From the NCBI GenBank assembly GCA_002633005.1, contig NMRA01000268.1, positions 418,611-482,610 of the forward strand: 64,000 nt of DNA. Reading direction: 5' to 3'. Below, one piece after another: positions 24,201-35,850 of the stretch (its first letter is position 1; the number at the start of each line of letters is the position of its first letter). The position numbers were made by a program, and so were the translations under genes. The notes beneath the pieces are model-generated. The model was not told the origin of the DNA. It saw only the letters and a program-made list of their open reading frames with translations, and did no database searches. Source of the stretch: Phoronis australis (Eukaryota; Animalia; Phoronida).

Positions 24201-24676
24201 GCCCTGACCATGTGTCGTTCCCAGGAAGGTGCTAACCTTGCCGTAGTCAACTTTACTAACATTCACGGTATCAAGTATTTATTAAGGGTGTGGAAACATA
24301 GACCTGAGTATGGCGCCATATGGGTGAACGAAACACCAGGTCCGAAATATTCAGTACTCTCGTCAACGTCTCCTACTACGCCACAAGCAATTTGGAGCTC
24401 TCTCGAAGCTTTAGGACGCGGTCGTATTAGTGTGCAGCCGTGGAAACTCTCAAATGTTCGCCACGTCATCACCTCCGTACCTGATTCGTCACGCCCTCTT
24501 AACGTGCTGTGTGAAAGGTCTGTGGTTAAGGGGTCAATCAGTCAGTGTTCAAGACTGACTCAATTTAGCTGTAGCGACGGAACTTGCATCTCTATGGGCG
24601 CTATCTGCAACTTGACGCCTGATTGTTCAAGGGGAGAAGATGAAGAAAACTGCGAGAGGGAGGAATTGATTTTCAA
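21258..24676 (+). CDS. GRL101-like LGR receptor, coding exon 1: signal peptide, CUB-like domains, 2 C-type lectin domains, first LDLa
   Basis: 1139-codon open frame with a hydrophobic N-terminus. CUB motifs CVWSL..CNDDKLVLYDG..LGTYCG and CLWYF..CAYEGIVIFDG..GPFC; CTLD starts CRPGY..FCY and CPPGW..SCY; LDLa FSCSDGTCI..DCSRGEDE. The apparent stop overlaps donor AA|GTAAGT. Confidence 0.9.
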
Positions 24677-25367
24677 GTAAGTTTGTGGCTGTTGATCAAA
24701 ATACTTTCAGCATGAAATATACCATGAAGTAGTACATTTGTAATATGTGAAGTTTAGAATGGAGATGGATATATTAATCTCCCTTCCTGGAAAAGCACAA
24801 AACCTTGTAAGAGGAAACCCCTTTTGGAAAGTAGATATATTTTGAATAACTATTTTTCCATTGGTGGAAGCCATACGTCGTTGGCGCTATAGCTTTATTT
24901 AATGCAAAATTGTAACATTTTCGTAACAGCAAACTGATAGAAAATTGATGCTTGTTACAACAAGCTATTCTTTGATATCTTACCGATTTCTATTCCACCA
25001 CAAACCATGTCCATAGTCGGTTGTCAACTTTGCTTGTCTGCCGATTATCTCGAAGACCGCTTATGGTGATGTGTTGCTGTTATAATGGATATGAACAGAA
25101 CAGCAAAGCCTGACGTTTTAATGGGCCCATGTATCGTGTGAAGTCGCAATTAAAGTTATATCTGTCTGACGTCTGGTGTCCGCCTTTGTATCTCCTAACA
25201 CCTGACATACTCTTCATAGTACTTTGCGGATATGTCTCTATCGGGCAGGTGTGGGAACAGCAACGCAGATGGAACCGAAACTCAATACATTTAACTCTAA
25301 CTCTAGAGAGCTATAATACTACATCTACCCCTGCCACGTTTTTCCCCGTGTGTGGGTGGGCGCTGGT

Positions 25368-25998
25368 TGTCACAGACCGGTGCTAATAGTTTTCGGTGCG
25401 ACGATTGACTGAAGACTGGTTCGAGTTAATCCTTTATTAATCTCGACCGTACGTTCACAAGCCTACTCAAACAAAACGTCCGACGTAATGTCTGTTCTAT
25501 GCTCAAGCCATTGCTGCAAAGCCTTGACTTGTGATAAACTTCTGAGACACGTTCTGCAACTATTACACTCGTCAATTCATTAATCTGCTATCTTTATAGC
25601 TGGCTCTCTATTGACTATCGCTGTAACTGCTGATTCTCTTCACTGCAACTCAGCTGTAATTCTCCTGATTAACTTTCTTGAACTGCTGATTATCTGACTA
25701 CCACAAACCCGTGCGTGTGTATTTATAGCCTAATGCATTGTTCTAGAACTTTTCATCAATTCAAGCACATTCTAGAACTTTCCTGAATCTACCCAACCAT
25801 TCTACAAACATGTACTAGACTCTAGAATATTCCAGACTGCATTAATCACTGTCATGCTAGTAGAGTCTTCTATAAAGTTCCATACTATTCTGTAGTAAGC
25901 AAATTACATCATCACCGTACTTAACTCAGAAGTCATGCCAATCAAACATAACAAAACAAAACAATACAATTAAAATAGTATCAGTCTATATTCTGACA
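25368..25998 (-). repeat. 631-bp LTR (TGTCA...TGACA) preceded by a G-run PPT
   Basis: 5-bp terminal inverted repeat. On the minus strand AGGGGGGGGG lies immediately upstream, with TATAAATA at about 25720-25727 and AATAAA at about 25433-25438. Confidence 0.8.
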
Positions 25999-26157
25999 CC
26001 CCCCCCCTAAGATAGTGTAAGAACATATGTAAACACTAAGTAATACATGTCTTTTAAGTCTTTAAACTACGTTAATTTCCTTATCACTGAGTACTTAAAA
26101 TGAATCAAATGTCTTTCCTTGAAACTATAGAGTCAACAATTGTCACTTCACAAATGT

Positions 26158-29100
26158 TTAAAGATTCAGCCGGTCCACTGGTTTGATAACACGTTGAGAG
26201 CGCCGTAGTTCTTGAGTAGAAGAGGAGTTAATTGCCGGTTGAGCTGGTACCGGGGTTGAAGGTGGTGGTGGTGGGGTTGTCTCGGTGGTTGTTTTGAATT
26301 CTGGGGTAGCGTTACTCATATTTCCAGTATGGATCAGGGATGATCTATTACGGCGAATCAGATTCGGTGACGACGAAGTACGAGCTCGGGTTTCAGAACT
26401 CTTTTTCACCTGTCTGAATTTCTCTTAGTCGCGTACCCAGACCTCGACTTCAACATCCAATAATGGAACGGACGCTGTTAGGTGTCTGCGGTCAAAATTT
26501 GCTTTGTTTCTTTGGTTAAATTGAGTTTCTTTTGCTCTTATGGACTGATCATCAATGGAACTTTGGAGGAGGGATTTAGGCATGATCGGCAAAGTCGTTC
26601 GAATGCGTCTGGACATGAGCAGTTGACTCGGCAATTTTCCGTTGTGAATGGGTGTTGATCGGTATGCAAGGAACCCTAGATGGGGATCTATATTCTTCCG
26701 CATGATGTTCTTTGCGGTTTGGACAGCACGCTCAGCTTCTCCGTTGGACCGCGCGTAGAGAGGCGAAGACGTTACGTGAACGAAACCGTAAATTTTAGCG
26801 AATCTCTCGAAACTTTCGCAGGCATACTGGGGAGCATTGTCAGACACTACTATGTCGGGAATCCCATGAGTGCTAATGATCGACTTCAAGGCTTCTATCG
26901 CATATTATGCTGTCGTCTGAGTAAGTCTTCGGACTTCGATCCAACGTGAGTAGTAGTCTACTACAAGGATGTAGGTGTGTTTGTTCAGTTCGAACAAGTC
27001 AATTCCAACGCTCTCCCATGGTCGGGTTGGAAAGGATGAAGGTAACTGAGGTTCCTTCACCTCAGGTGTGTGAAGAGCACAGGGTAAGCACTGTTTGCAC
27101 ATTGTCTCAATCTGTTTGCTGATGAGTGGCCACCAGACCGATTCTTGGGCTCTTGCTCGGCACTTTGTTATTCCTAAATGACCTTGGTGGAGTTGGCCGA
27201 GCACTTCCAGCTGCATCGAATGGGGAATAACGATACGTTCATCGTACATAAACAAACTCTCTGTAAGGGTCAAATGCTGACGATTCTCAAAGTATGGTTT
27301 AAGCATAGGTTGATCGGGAAGGATGGAAGGTCACCCATGTCGGCAGAAGTTGATCACTTCACTAAAACGGGGTCTTTGGCCTGAGCCTCCTTGATCTGAA
27401 GTAGTCTGGGCCGTGTTGCCGGGAGATTGCACATTGCCAAATGTGCCTGGTCCTCAACTTCATTGACGAAGACTTCCTCTTCCCGAGTTGGGATCCCACA
27501 GGTGCTCGATACAACGCATCTGCAACCAGGTGCTTCTTTCCCGGGACGTGGTAGATCTTTGGGTTATGTTTCATCAAACGGAGACGGAAACGTAGTACTC
27601 GCGATGGCATCTTCGACAAGTCTATGGATGACAACAGAGGTACTAGGGGTTTGTGATCGGTTTCCAGAGTGAAGTATAGCCCGAGGATGAAATGTGAGAA
27701 TTTCTCGACGGCCCATGTTGCCGCGAGCGCCTCCTTCTCTATCACTGCGTAACGTTTCTCGGTGTCGTTGAGTGATCTGGATGCAAAGCAGATTGGTCTT
27801 CTGTTACCGTCAGAGTCAATTTGGAGCAATCACCTGCTACTATCGTTTCACGATTAGCGTCATAGTGCGCCAGTGTCACTGTGGAGACAATTGCATCCTT
27901 AACGTCTTGAAAGGACTTCCTTTGAGGTTCATCCCAAACGAAGGCTTGGTTCTTCCTCAAAAGTTGTCTCAGTGGTTCGTTGATCTTTGCCAAGTTTGGC
28001 ACGAATTTTGCAAGCTGATTCACTATGCCATTGAATCTCTGTAACTCAGTCACGTTTGTGGATACTGGAAAATCTCGAATTGCTTGTGTCTTCTCAGGAT
28101 CAGCCGTTGTGCTATCAGAGCTGATAATATGTCCTAGGAATTTGATCTTTGATCGTGAAAACTCGCACTTGTTGTTCAAGGTCAGGCCTGCCTTCTGCAG
28201 ACACGCTAAGACTTTGTGAACTCTAGCATCGTGGACTTCTAGGTTAGGGCCGTGAATCAAGATGTCGTCCATATGGCATATGACTCCATCTAAGCCGTCG
28301 AGAATGTGAGACATCGTCCGCTGGAAAACTTCTGGAGCCGAACTTATTCCAAAGGGCAGACGATTAAAACAAAATCGAACATATGGTGTGACAAATGTAG
28401 TCAGCAGTCGCGACTTGGCACACAAAGGTATTTGCCAGAATCCTCAGTTGGTGTCAATCTTAGCGAATATCTTGCTTCCTTGAATCTTTGCCAAGTGCTC
28501 ATCAACCGTAGCCACGGGATGGGCCTCACGTTTGACAGCTTTGTTGAGGGGATTAAGATCGACACATATTCTCACATCACCGTTTGGTTTTTTATTACAA
28601 CCATACCTGAGCTCATTTACTGCAGAAATGACACCCAATTTCTGCATCTTGTCTAGCTATGCCTTCACTTTGGCAAGTAAGGGATGTGGTACTCGACGTG
28701 CCGTGTATCAGCAGACTGGTTCAGCATCGTCCCGCATAGGGATACGATGGGGGTCTTTCAGGAGTCCCAACTCCGTAAACAGTCCTGAGTATTCTTGTCT
28801 GAAGTTTGCTGAAGAGGTTGACGACTCTACTTCATACACCACTGGATCTTGTACCAACAAGTTCAGGGATCTGATAGCAGCAATGGACAGAAGGTTCTTT
28901 GACTGGCCTTTCATGACGTACACAGTTTCCGTATGTATCCTACTGTAGACGTTGATAATCGCATCCTTGACTACACCTAGTATCAAGTGAGACAGCTCAA
29001 CTCCACCAGCACCTCTGAAGGGGCCGCCGTCAGGGCACTTCTGGAGCAGTTCCTTGTCGAGCCAGGGTGTTTTATCGCCTACTACTGTTATTCGTGAGTT

Positions 29101-29571
29101 TGTTGTCGTTTAACAAACTCAACTGCTAATTCAGCTTTGCCAGACATCACTTGCTTCTGAGTGCGTGAAGCTTCCACTGCCCGTAGATTCGCAATGGTTT
29201 TTGCGAGGCTTGGTACAGGGCGTTCTCTTAGGAGTCTCTCTGATTAGGGAGTCTTTCAGTTCCCCGAATTCGCAGACGTCAGCCAACTTGCGTTATCTTT
29301 TTTCCGAGAGACAAAGTACACCTTTAAGGCATCAATGATCTTCTGAGGATTGTGTCTGTTTTCTTCACTGACGTTGGGTAAGTTGCACAGTACTCGCAGC
29401 AACAACAGAGACCCCTTTCGGGTCTGGGGTACCGTCCAGCTTAACCATTTTTGTATCTAGTTCTGTGGCGGCCATGTAGTCTATCCACGCGGTTTCAAAT
29501 TCTCGCCAATTTTACGCTACGTTTCCCTGCATTGACATGGGGGTTGGCGCTGGTATCTGATATGTTATCAT
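26158..29571 (-). pseudogene. Gypsy gag-pol, degenerate (gag, protease remnant, RT, RNase H, integrase)
   Basis: gag start YQIPAP..GNVA*NWREFE; RICVDL, RLPFGISSAPE, HMDDILI, FASRSL..EKEALA, TDHKPL, HQGHLG..C..C, VVDYYSRW, SDN..Y, SNGEAER. Domain order is RT-RH-INT. Confidence 0.92.
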
Positions 29572-30087
29572 TTTTGCAATGTTCTGAATGTTGTCAATTT
29601 ATGTGTCACTTCGTTAACGTGTTCACTAATGTTGCGTGTCACCCGTGCACGTACTGGTAGATTTATTCAGTTAGTAAATTCATTAACGTTTGTGTATCGC
29701 TACTTATTATGTAAAGTCGCGCGTAAAAGTTAACGTATAGAGCCTCACACTTTGAGCGCGTACTCCGTCCACTTGAACACTCAGCTCAAACGTACAGATC
29801 AAGACGTCATGGAAAATTCCGAAATTTTTATAACTACACTGTCAACCGTTTTTATGGGCAGTTCCAGGCTATTTCCTGTTATTTTACATTCAAAATGCTT
29901 CAAAAACAGCACGAAAGATCCTTGGCACAAACCTCTGGAAGGTATTAGTTTATAATGCCCTGTTGTTTTGCCAGAATCACAAAAATGACACAAACCGCCG
30001 CTGCCACCATGTGGGAACAACAACGCAGATGGAACCGGAACTCAATATATTTATCTTTAACTCTAGAGAGCTATAATACTACAGCAG

Positions 30088-30242
30088 CCTACCGTTCACA
30101 GTAACGCTAGGACCTCGCTAAAAAGCAAGACATCGCGAGATTACGTGAGATATTGCCGTGCATTTTAAATCAGAACACGTGACTTTGACAAGGTTTTAGC
30201 TAGATCCTAGCGTAGGTCCTAGCGCCGGGTCTACTGAACGCA
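30088..30242 (+). mobile_element. MITE family C copy
   Basis: Matches 39622-39779; inserted at the CAG inside the LTR element's TSD. Confidence 0.75.
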
Positions 30243-31699
30243 CAGGTGTCAGATGAGAACGACCTCCGGACTAATTGGATTACCGAAGTGACCTACGAGT
30301 TTGCATTTTCGGGGTTTTTTGACGGATTTCTTTAGAAGTTACAAATAGCTTTCTGTAGACCTCTTTCCATTTTCGGACGAATTCCCCGCCACCTAACGGC
30401 CATTATTATTATTCTCGAGTACGTTTTTTGCCGCAGCCTCTTTGTCCAAACGGCAATAGTCTGATATAACGTGCCTGTATTTTCAGAACCAGTTTGGTGC
30501 CCGTTATTTAGTGGAGAAAACTGGTTCTCAAAATTCAGGCACTTTATATTATACCATTACCCAACAAACCACTCTAAGCATCACCATCAAAGAAATTCAT
30601 TAACATGTTTCTGCAGAATAAACCGCTGCTGATTTTCTTACGTGTCCGACCACAGAATGGTGAATGTTGGCCAAAACCCTTTTGTCCACTGACGTCACTT
30701 GCGTGCTGTCGTCCCCAGTGGAGGCCATGAGACTCGTAGTAAACCGACTGATTTAGCCTATGAGTACGGACCAAGTAGCATCACTGAGACAAGTCACATA
30801 TAGATTTGGATAATTCTATGTATCGTGACTTTCGTCATTCCTCAAAATCTAAGAATTAAGAATGTATCTGTGATTTGTTACATAGTGAATTCTGAGGTTG
30901 CGGCATGATAAAGAATTTTGCTCAGTTGAGTGTCTGAACTGATGAGTCCTGCGTCCGCTCCGGGTACTGCGAATGGCTACGTTACCAATTATGCAGAGGT
31001 TGTGTTTATGTTTCAGCTTCTCATGATTTACTGCAGTGATAAGACGTCTGCTGTCTGTGTGCGGAATGTGGCCGAACATCCACTTATTTTTTTTCATGAT
31101 GAAACATTTATAAACTCAACCAACCGGTACATAGTTGTGCAGCAATATGAAATCTAGTTTTGTGTACATCAAACAAATTATGAAAATTATCGGACCCTGT
31201 AAAAGCTAGTTAGGCAAAAAAGAAGACCACCTTGCCTGGAATCTCTCAAACTCCAATTTGTCATTGTAAATAATTTTTTCCAGATTATAGTAATCACATA
31301 CCTCACTTAAAAATGACTGAAAATTGGGCTTAGCTTTTTGTAGTCTTTGTCTATATAAATGAAATTTCGCTAAGCAAAGAATTAAATTTACAACTTCTAA
31401 TCTACAAGACGGAAGACATATTTAACTGCAGAGAGAAATTGCACTGATTTATCGTCCATGTTTTTAAACATCCCCAAAACTTCTGAACAAGTGAACATTT
31501 CCAATACAAATGTAGAATCGTTTCTTCATGTTGCTCACAGAAAGAACATAAAGACGATTCACTAACACCTATTTTCTTTAAATAAGAGTTTGTACCAATA
31601 AGTCTGTGGTTGATACGGAATTGAAACCATCTGAGTCTGACATCGGAAGTACAATGATGAATTAAAGAATGAATTTTTTTCTAAGATTGAGTATCATCG

Positions 31700-34600
31700 C
31701 GTAAGTTTATTTCTCTCCCCCACTTCAATTCTGCGGCAGGTTTTACATACAATTTAGAAATGAATAATTCATGGTTTTTCCCCGTCCCTTTATTTTCCGA
31801 GGAGATTCGAAAAATATGTTCTGGAAAAAGTGGAGTGACTATAGTACTCTTGACTCTTAGATGATTCCAAGAACGAAGTATTGAACTTCGAATTCCATAA
31901 AAATGAGTAATACAAGGACAAAATTGAAAACGTGTACAAAAGGTATGATAATCATAAATATATCCTTTATCGGGGTCAGTTAAATCGTATACGTACCGTA
32001 TACCCTTTTGAAACCACTCGTTCCAAAAATTGGACTACTATCTATACAAATTTTGGGGTTATTCCACAAAGGTTGGTACAAAGGATCATCTATCTCACAC
32101 AGATTGATAAATTCGTATAAGATATAAAAAATATCTTTCCAAAAATATTCTTAGTACGGTTAGATACTTCAAGGAAAAAACAAGAACCTAACTGAAAAGA
32201 GTCATTTTTTATATTAGGAATAATTTCACATAAAATATTTAGCCAAGGAGAAGTATTGTTATAATAATTTTTGAAGAATCTTCGAATCCAAGATAGTTTA
32301 ATATCTTTGACAAATGACGCAATATGGACCATTTTCCCACCTCCATCTTCAGATTTCTGTACCATGTTTTTTCTAGAGACTCTATCAGAAGAGGTACCCC
32401 GTATAAAATTAAAAAATATTTTTTCAATGTCTTTACAAAAAGTAGCGAGGAAGTGTGTAAAAGAGGTGAATCAGTTTTGGTAATAAAAAAGATTTGACAA
32501 CCGTTATCTTACCAAAGGTAGATAAATTTCTTTTTGACCAATTTTCAATGCCTTTTCTAACCTCGTTTAATTTTACATCGTAGTTTAAGTGAATCATGTC
32601 CTGTAAGTTGACAGAGAAGGTAATTCCAAGAGATGTGAACTGGCAACTTGCCCATCTTGAATCTATTTCACAGCAAAGCTTATCACCACAACATATCTTA
32701 GAACCAATCCATATACAAACAGTTTTGTCGATATTGGGTGTCAAACCAGAATACTTGGCAAACTGATCAAGAAGGTTAAGTGACGATTTTAAAGAGGTCT
32801 CTGAACCATCTAGAAAGAGGACCGTGTCGTCTGCATATTGCATTAATTTATACTCTAAAGAGCCTACTTTTATGCCTTTAACATTCTCGCATTGCCTCAA
32901 CATAGATGCCATAATTTCGGCACACAACAAAAAAGATAAGATGAAAGGGGATCCCCTTGTCTGCAACCTCGGCAAATGTTAAAGTACTTAGACGTTAAGC
33001 CATACTGAATGACCGAAAGTTGGACATTTTCATTGAGTATTGTGAACCAAAGAATAAAATCGCCACCAAAGTTGAAATAGTGTAGAACTTTCTCAAGAAA
33101 TCCCCAGGACACAGAATCAAAGGCTTTTTTAAAATCATTTAATACCAGAAGTCCGGGAATATCCTTAACTTGAGTATATTGTAACATGTCGTAAATCACT
33201 CTGGTGTTCTCCCCGATAAAGCGACCTGGGAGAAACCCAGTTTGATTAGGATGATTTAACTTATTTAAAACAGATTTTATCCTTTGTGCAATACATGCTG
33301 ATAATAGTTGATAACTTGAATTTAGTAAGGAGATTGGTCTCCAATTTTTAATGTTTTCTCGTGGTTTCTTGCCCTTAGGAATCAAAGTAATGACACCTTG
33401 ACGCATAGTGGTAGGGAGACGGCCGGTTCGAAAACTGTAATTAAAAGATTTGATCAAAAATGGCGACAATTCTTTCCAAAAAAAAATTGTAAAACCCTAC
33501 AGGAAAACCATCAGTCCCCGGAGTTTTGTCATTTTTCATACATTTGAGGACAGCCGCAGCTTCAGTATATGTTTTTGGTCCTTCTAGTTTTTCTTTGAAG
33601 TCAGGGGTCACCAAGTCCTCCAACTCATATTGGAGCGAGTCATTTTCTTTGGCTGCATATAAATTTGCATAGAATTTTTCGATTTCACACGTTATAGCTT
33701 TTTGGTTTGTCAAGCTTCGACCAGTCTCGTCTATAAGTTTGTGGACATTCTTGTTCGTGTAATTGCGTTTTTCTAAGTTACTAAAATATTTGGACGGTTT
33801 TTCACCATCCTCGATCCATTTTATCCAAGATCTCAGCATCATGCCTTGCACTTTGTCCTTTCTAATATATTCGTAATCTTTTTGCAAATCTGAATAAATT
33901 TCAAGGAGCAGAGCAGAATTACTGTTACACATCATTTCTCTAAGAAGATTTAATTGCTCCTCTAAATTCTTTTCATGTCGATGCTTTTCCTTTTTCTTGG
34001 AAGCTGAAAAAGACAATAATTTCTAATATTCAATAGAATCATCTCAAGAAGAAGAGAGTCGTCTATAGTGGACTGACCGTCTGACAAATTGGAGTCATTA
34101 TCAGGAGATAAATATTCCTTCTCTGTTTTAACTATGATGTCTTTCACATTACTGATATACTCTACATCACGTAATAAGGATTTGTTAAGTCGCCATAGAC
34201 CTTTACCTCTAGCAAATTTAGAGGCCTGAATAGTAGTCACGACACAATGATGGTCGGTTCTCTAACCTGGGGACGATTCAATATTTTCTATCCAAGAGGA
34301 AAACTCGTCGGACACTAGAAAAAAGTCCAGAGTGACGCGCTTGCTTACAAGGATTAATTCTGAACCAAGTATAGCTTGTTGTATTTGGGTAACGTAACCG
34401 CCACGGGTCGACCAAATTTAACTGCGACATCAGACTGATAACTTGTTTTCTTGCAGCCGGATATTTTTGGTGTTTGTATCCTAAACAGTCAAGATTGAAA
34501 TCCTGAATCAAATTCCAGTCGCCACAAATGATTATGAACTCTGAATTGTAGTCAGAGACTACTTGAAGCACGGTTCTAAAAAAATCAGGGTCATCCTTGT

Positions 34601-34975
34601 TGGGACCATAAATTAATATTAGCTAACGTTATTGAGACTCGATTTTCGATAAGTAATTCGATGACAACAAGGTTTCCTTTATCATCAATATGGATTTTAC
34701 CAACTTCACATTCAAAGTTATTATTTAGCAATATGTAGACACCTCTCGATTCTCTTGTTCCAGGGCTCATGAAAACATCATATCCCCTGGGCCCTAATAA
34801 CAGAAATTTCTGATTCAATAAAATGAGTTTCTTGCAAGCAATAGATACCGCAACACTTCCATCTCAAAAATTCAAAGACATCCTTTCTCTTAATTGTGTC
34901 CCTTAGCCCTCTGCAGTATAAAGATAAGATACTAACCATGTTCCGACAAAAGACATGACAAATCGAGTCTATCAA
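31700..34975 (-). mobile_element. L1/Tx1-clade LINE ORF2 (APE + RT), many frameshifts; 3' boundary approximate
   Basis: CRGLRD..KR, CLQETH, CGDWN, GKGLWRLN, GEKPSKYF, NWRPISLLN, QTGFLPGRFIGEN, DFKKAFDSV, GCRQGDPLS, QYADDT. Confidence 0.9.
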
Positions 34976-35563
34976 TTAAAATACTAAGTGTGATGTATAT
35001 AGAACGTACACAAGTTGGTGAATCAACAAAAATCTCGCCCAGAAATATGTAAAAAAAACAAAAAGCGCGTGGCTAAAATGTACTTCACCACCTCCATGAT
35101 ACATACTGGACATCAGCTAAGACGATACCCGCATTCATAGACTTGTGTTGATATGCAAATCAGTTTTAGACACAATGAAAGACTCAACTGAATAGAACAC
35201 TGCCCACATCAGTCAACTTTACATGTAGATGTAATGGGCCGATGCCTAAAAACAAGCAAAGAAAAGACTGGCAGTGTTCTATCTGTTACAAAGTGAAGTC
35301 AATAGTTATCATACCGTAGAAAAGAAACCAAAAACATACCGTCAGCAAAAAGCTGTGTAAGCATATCATATGAGCAATAAAGCAAACAATATTTTGAAGT
35401 CTTTAATTAATGAAATTTTGGAAACACTATCTAAATATCCGTAAACAGTTCCATTCAAGAACAGCACTGTCCGTGCATGCATGGCCTGGCATACAAACAA
35501 ATACATCGGTATAGAGTATCTTTGTTTGATACAAATGATGTCATCACCCTGAGTCGAGTTACC

Positions 35564-35850
35564 AGGGCCCGGTCTCCAATCTTCGTACTCAGACTCGAAT
35601 CATGCTCAAACTCACACTTCATACTCAACTCGAGTACAGACTCAGCTTTGGTGTATTCAATGTCATACTCGAAAAATCTGTACTCGAAATTTCGAGCACG
35701 TACTCAGTTTTCGAGTGTACTCGAACTGAAGTGTATCTCATCTATATTTCGAGTACGATTTTGAGTAAAAATTCGGAGTCTATGCTCAAATTTCAAGTTT
35801 GGTATGGCAGTGTGCTTGAAATCGTACTCGAAAATAAATACGAGCCAGAG
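35564..35850. repeat. MITE-like end rich in GTACTC/GAGTAC/CTCGA motifs
   Basis: Repeated tactcga/tcgagta units in both orientations after cagggcccggtctcc. Confidence 0.5.

Larger units (their letters stand above)
25250..30083 (-). mobile_element. Gypsy-type LTR element bounded by 74-bp LTRs, with decayed gag-pol and an extra internal 631-bp LTR
   Basis: LTRs at 25250-25323 and 30010-30083 (TG..CA, 5 mismatches). PBS TGGTGGCAGCGG at 29998-30009. TSD GCAGG, the right copy interrupted by MITE C. Confidence 0.85.

Noticed and set aside
22322-24472. Antisense and alternate-frame ORFs overlapping the receptor
   Set aside because: Short shadows of the real CDS with no domain features.
21258-24680. 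Stand-alone secreted CUB/lectin protein
   Set aside because: The stop lies within GTAAGT and the last LDLa is completed by the next exon. An intron-retained secreted isoform cannot be excluded but has no support here.
30400-31600. Additional receptor exons in the intron
   Set aside because: No LDLa/CUB-like open frames with splice sites seen by eye here or at 36000-42400, and the direct join is already in frame.
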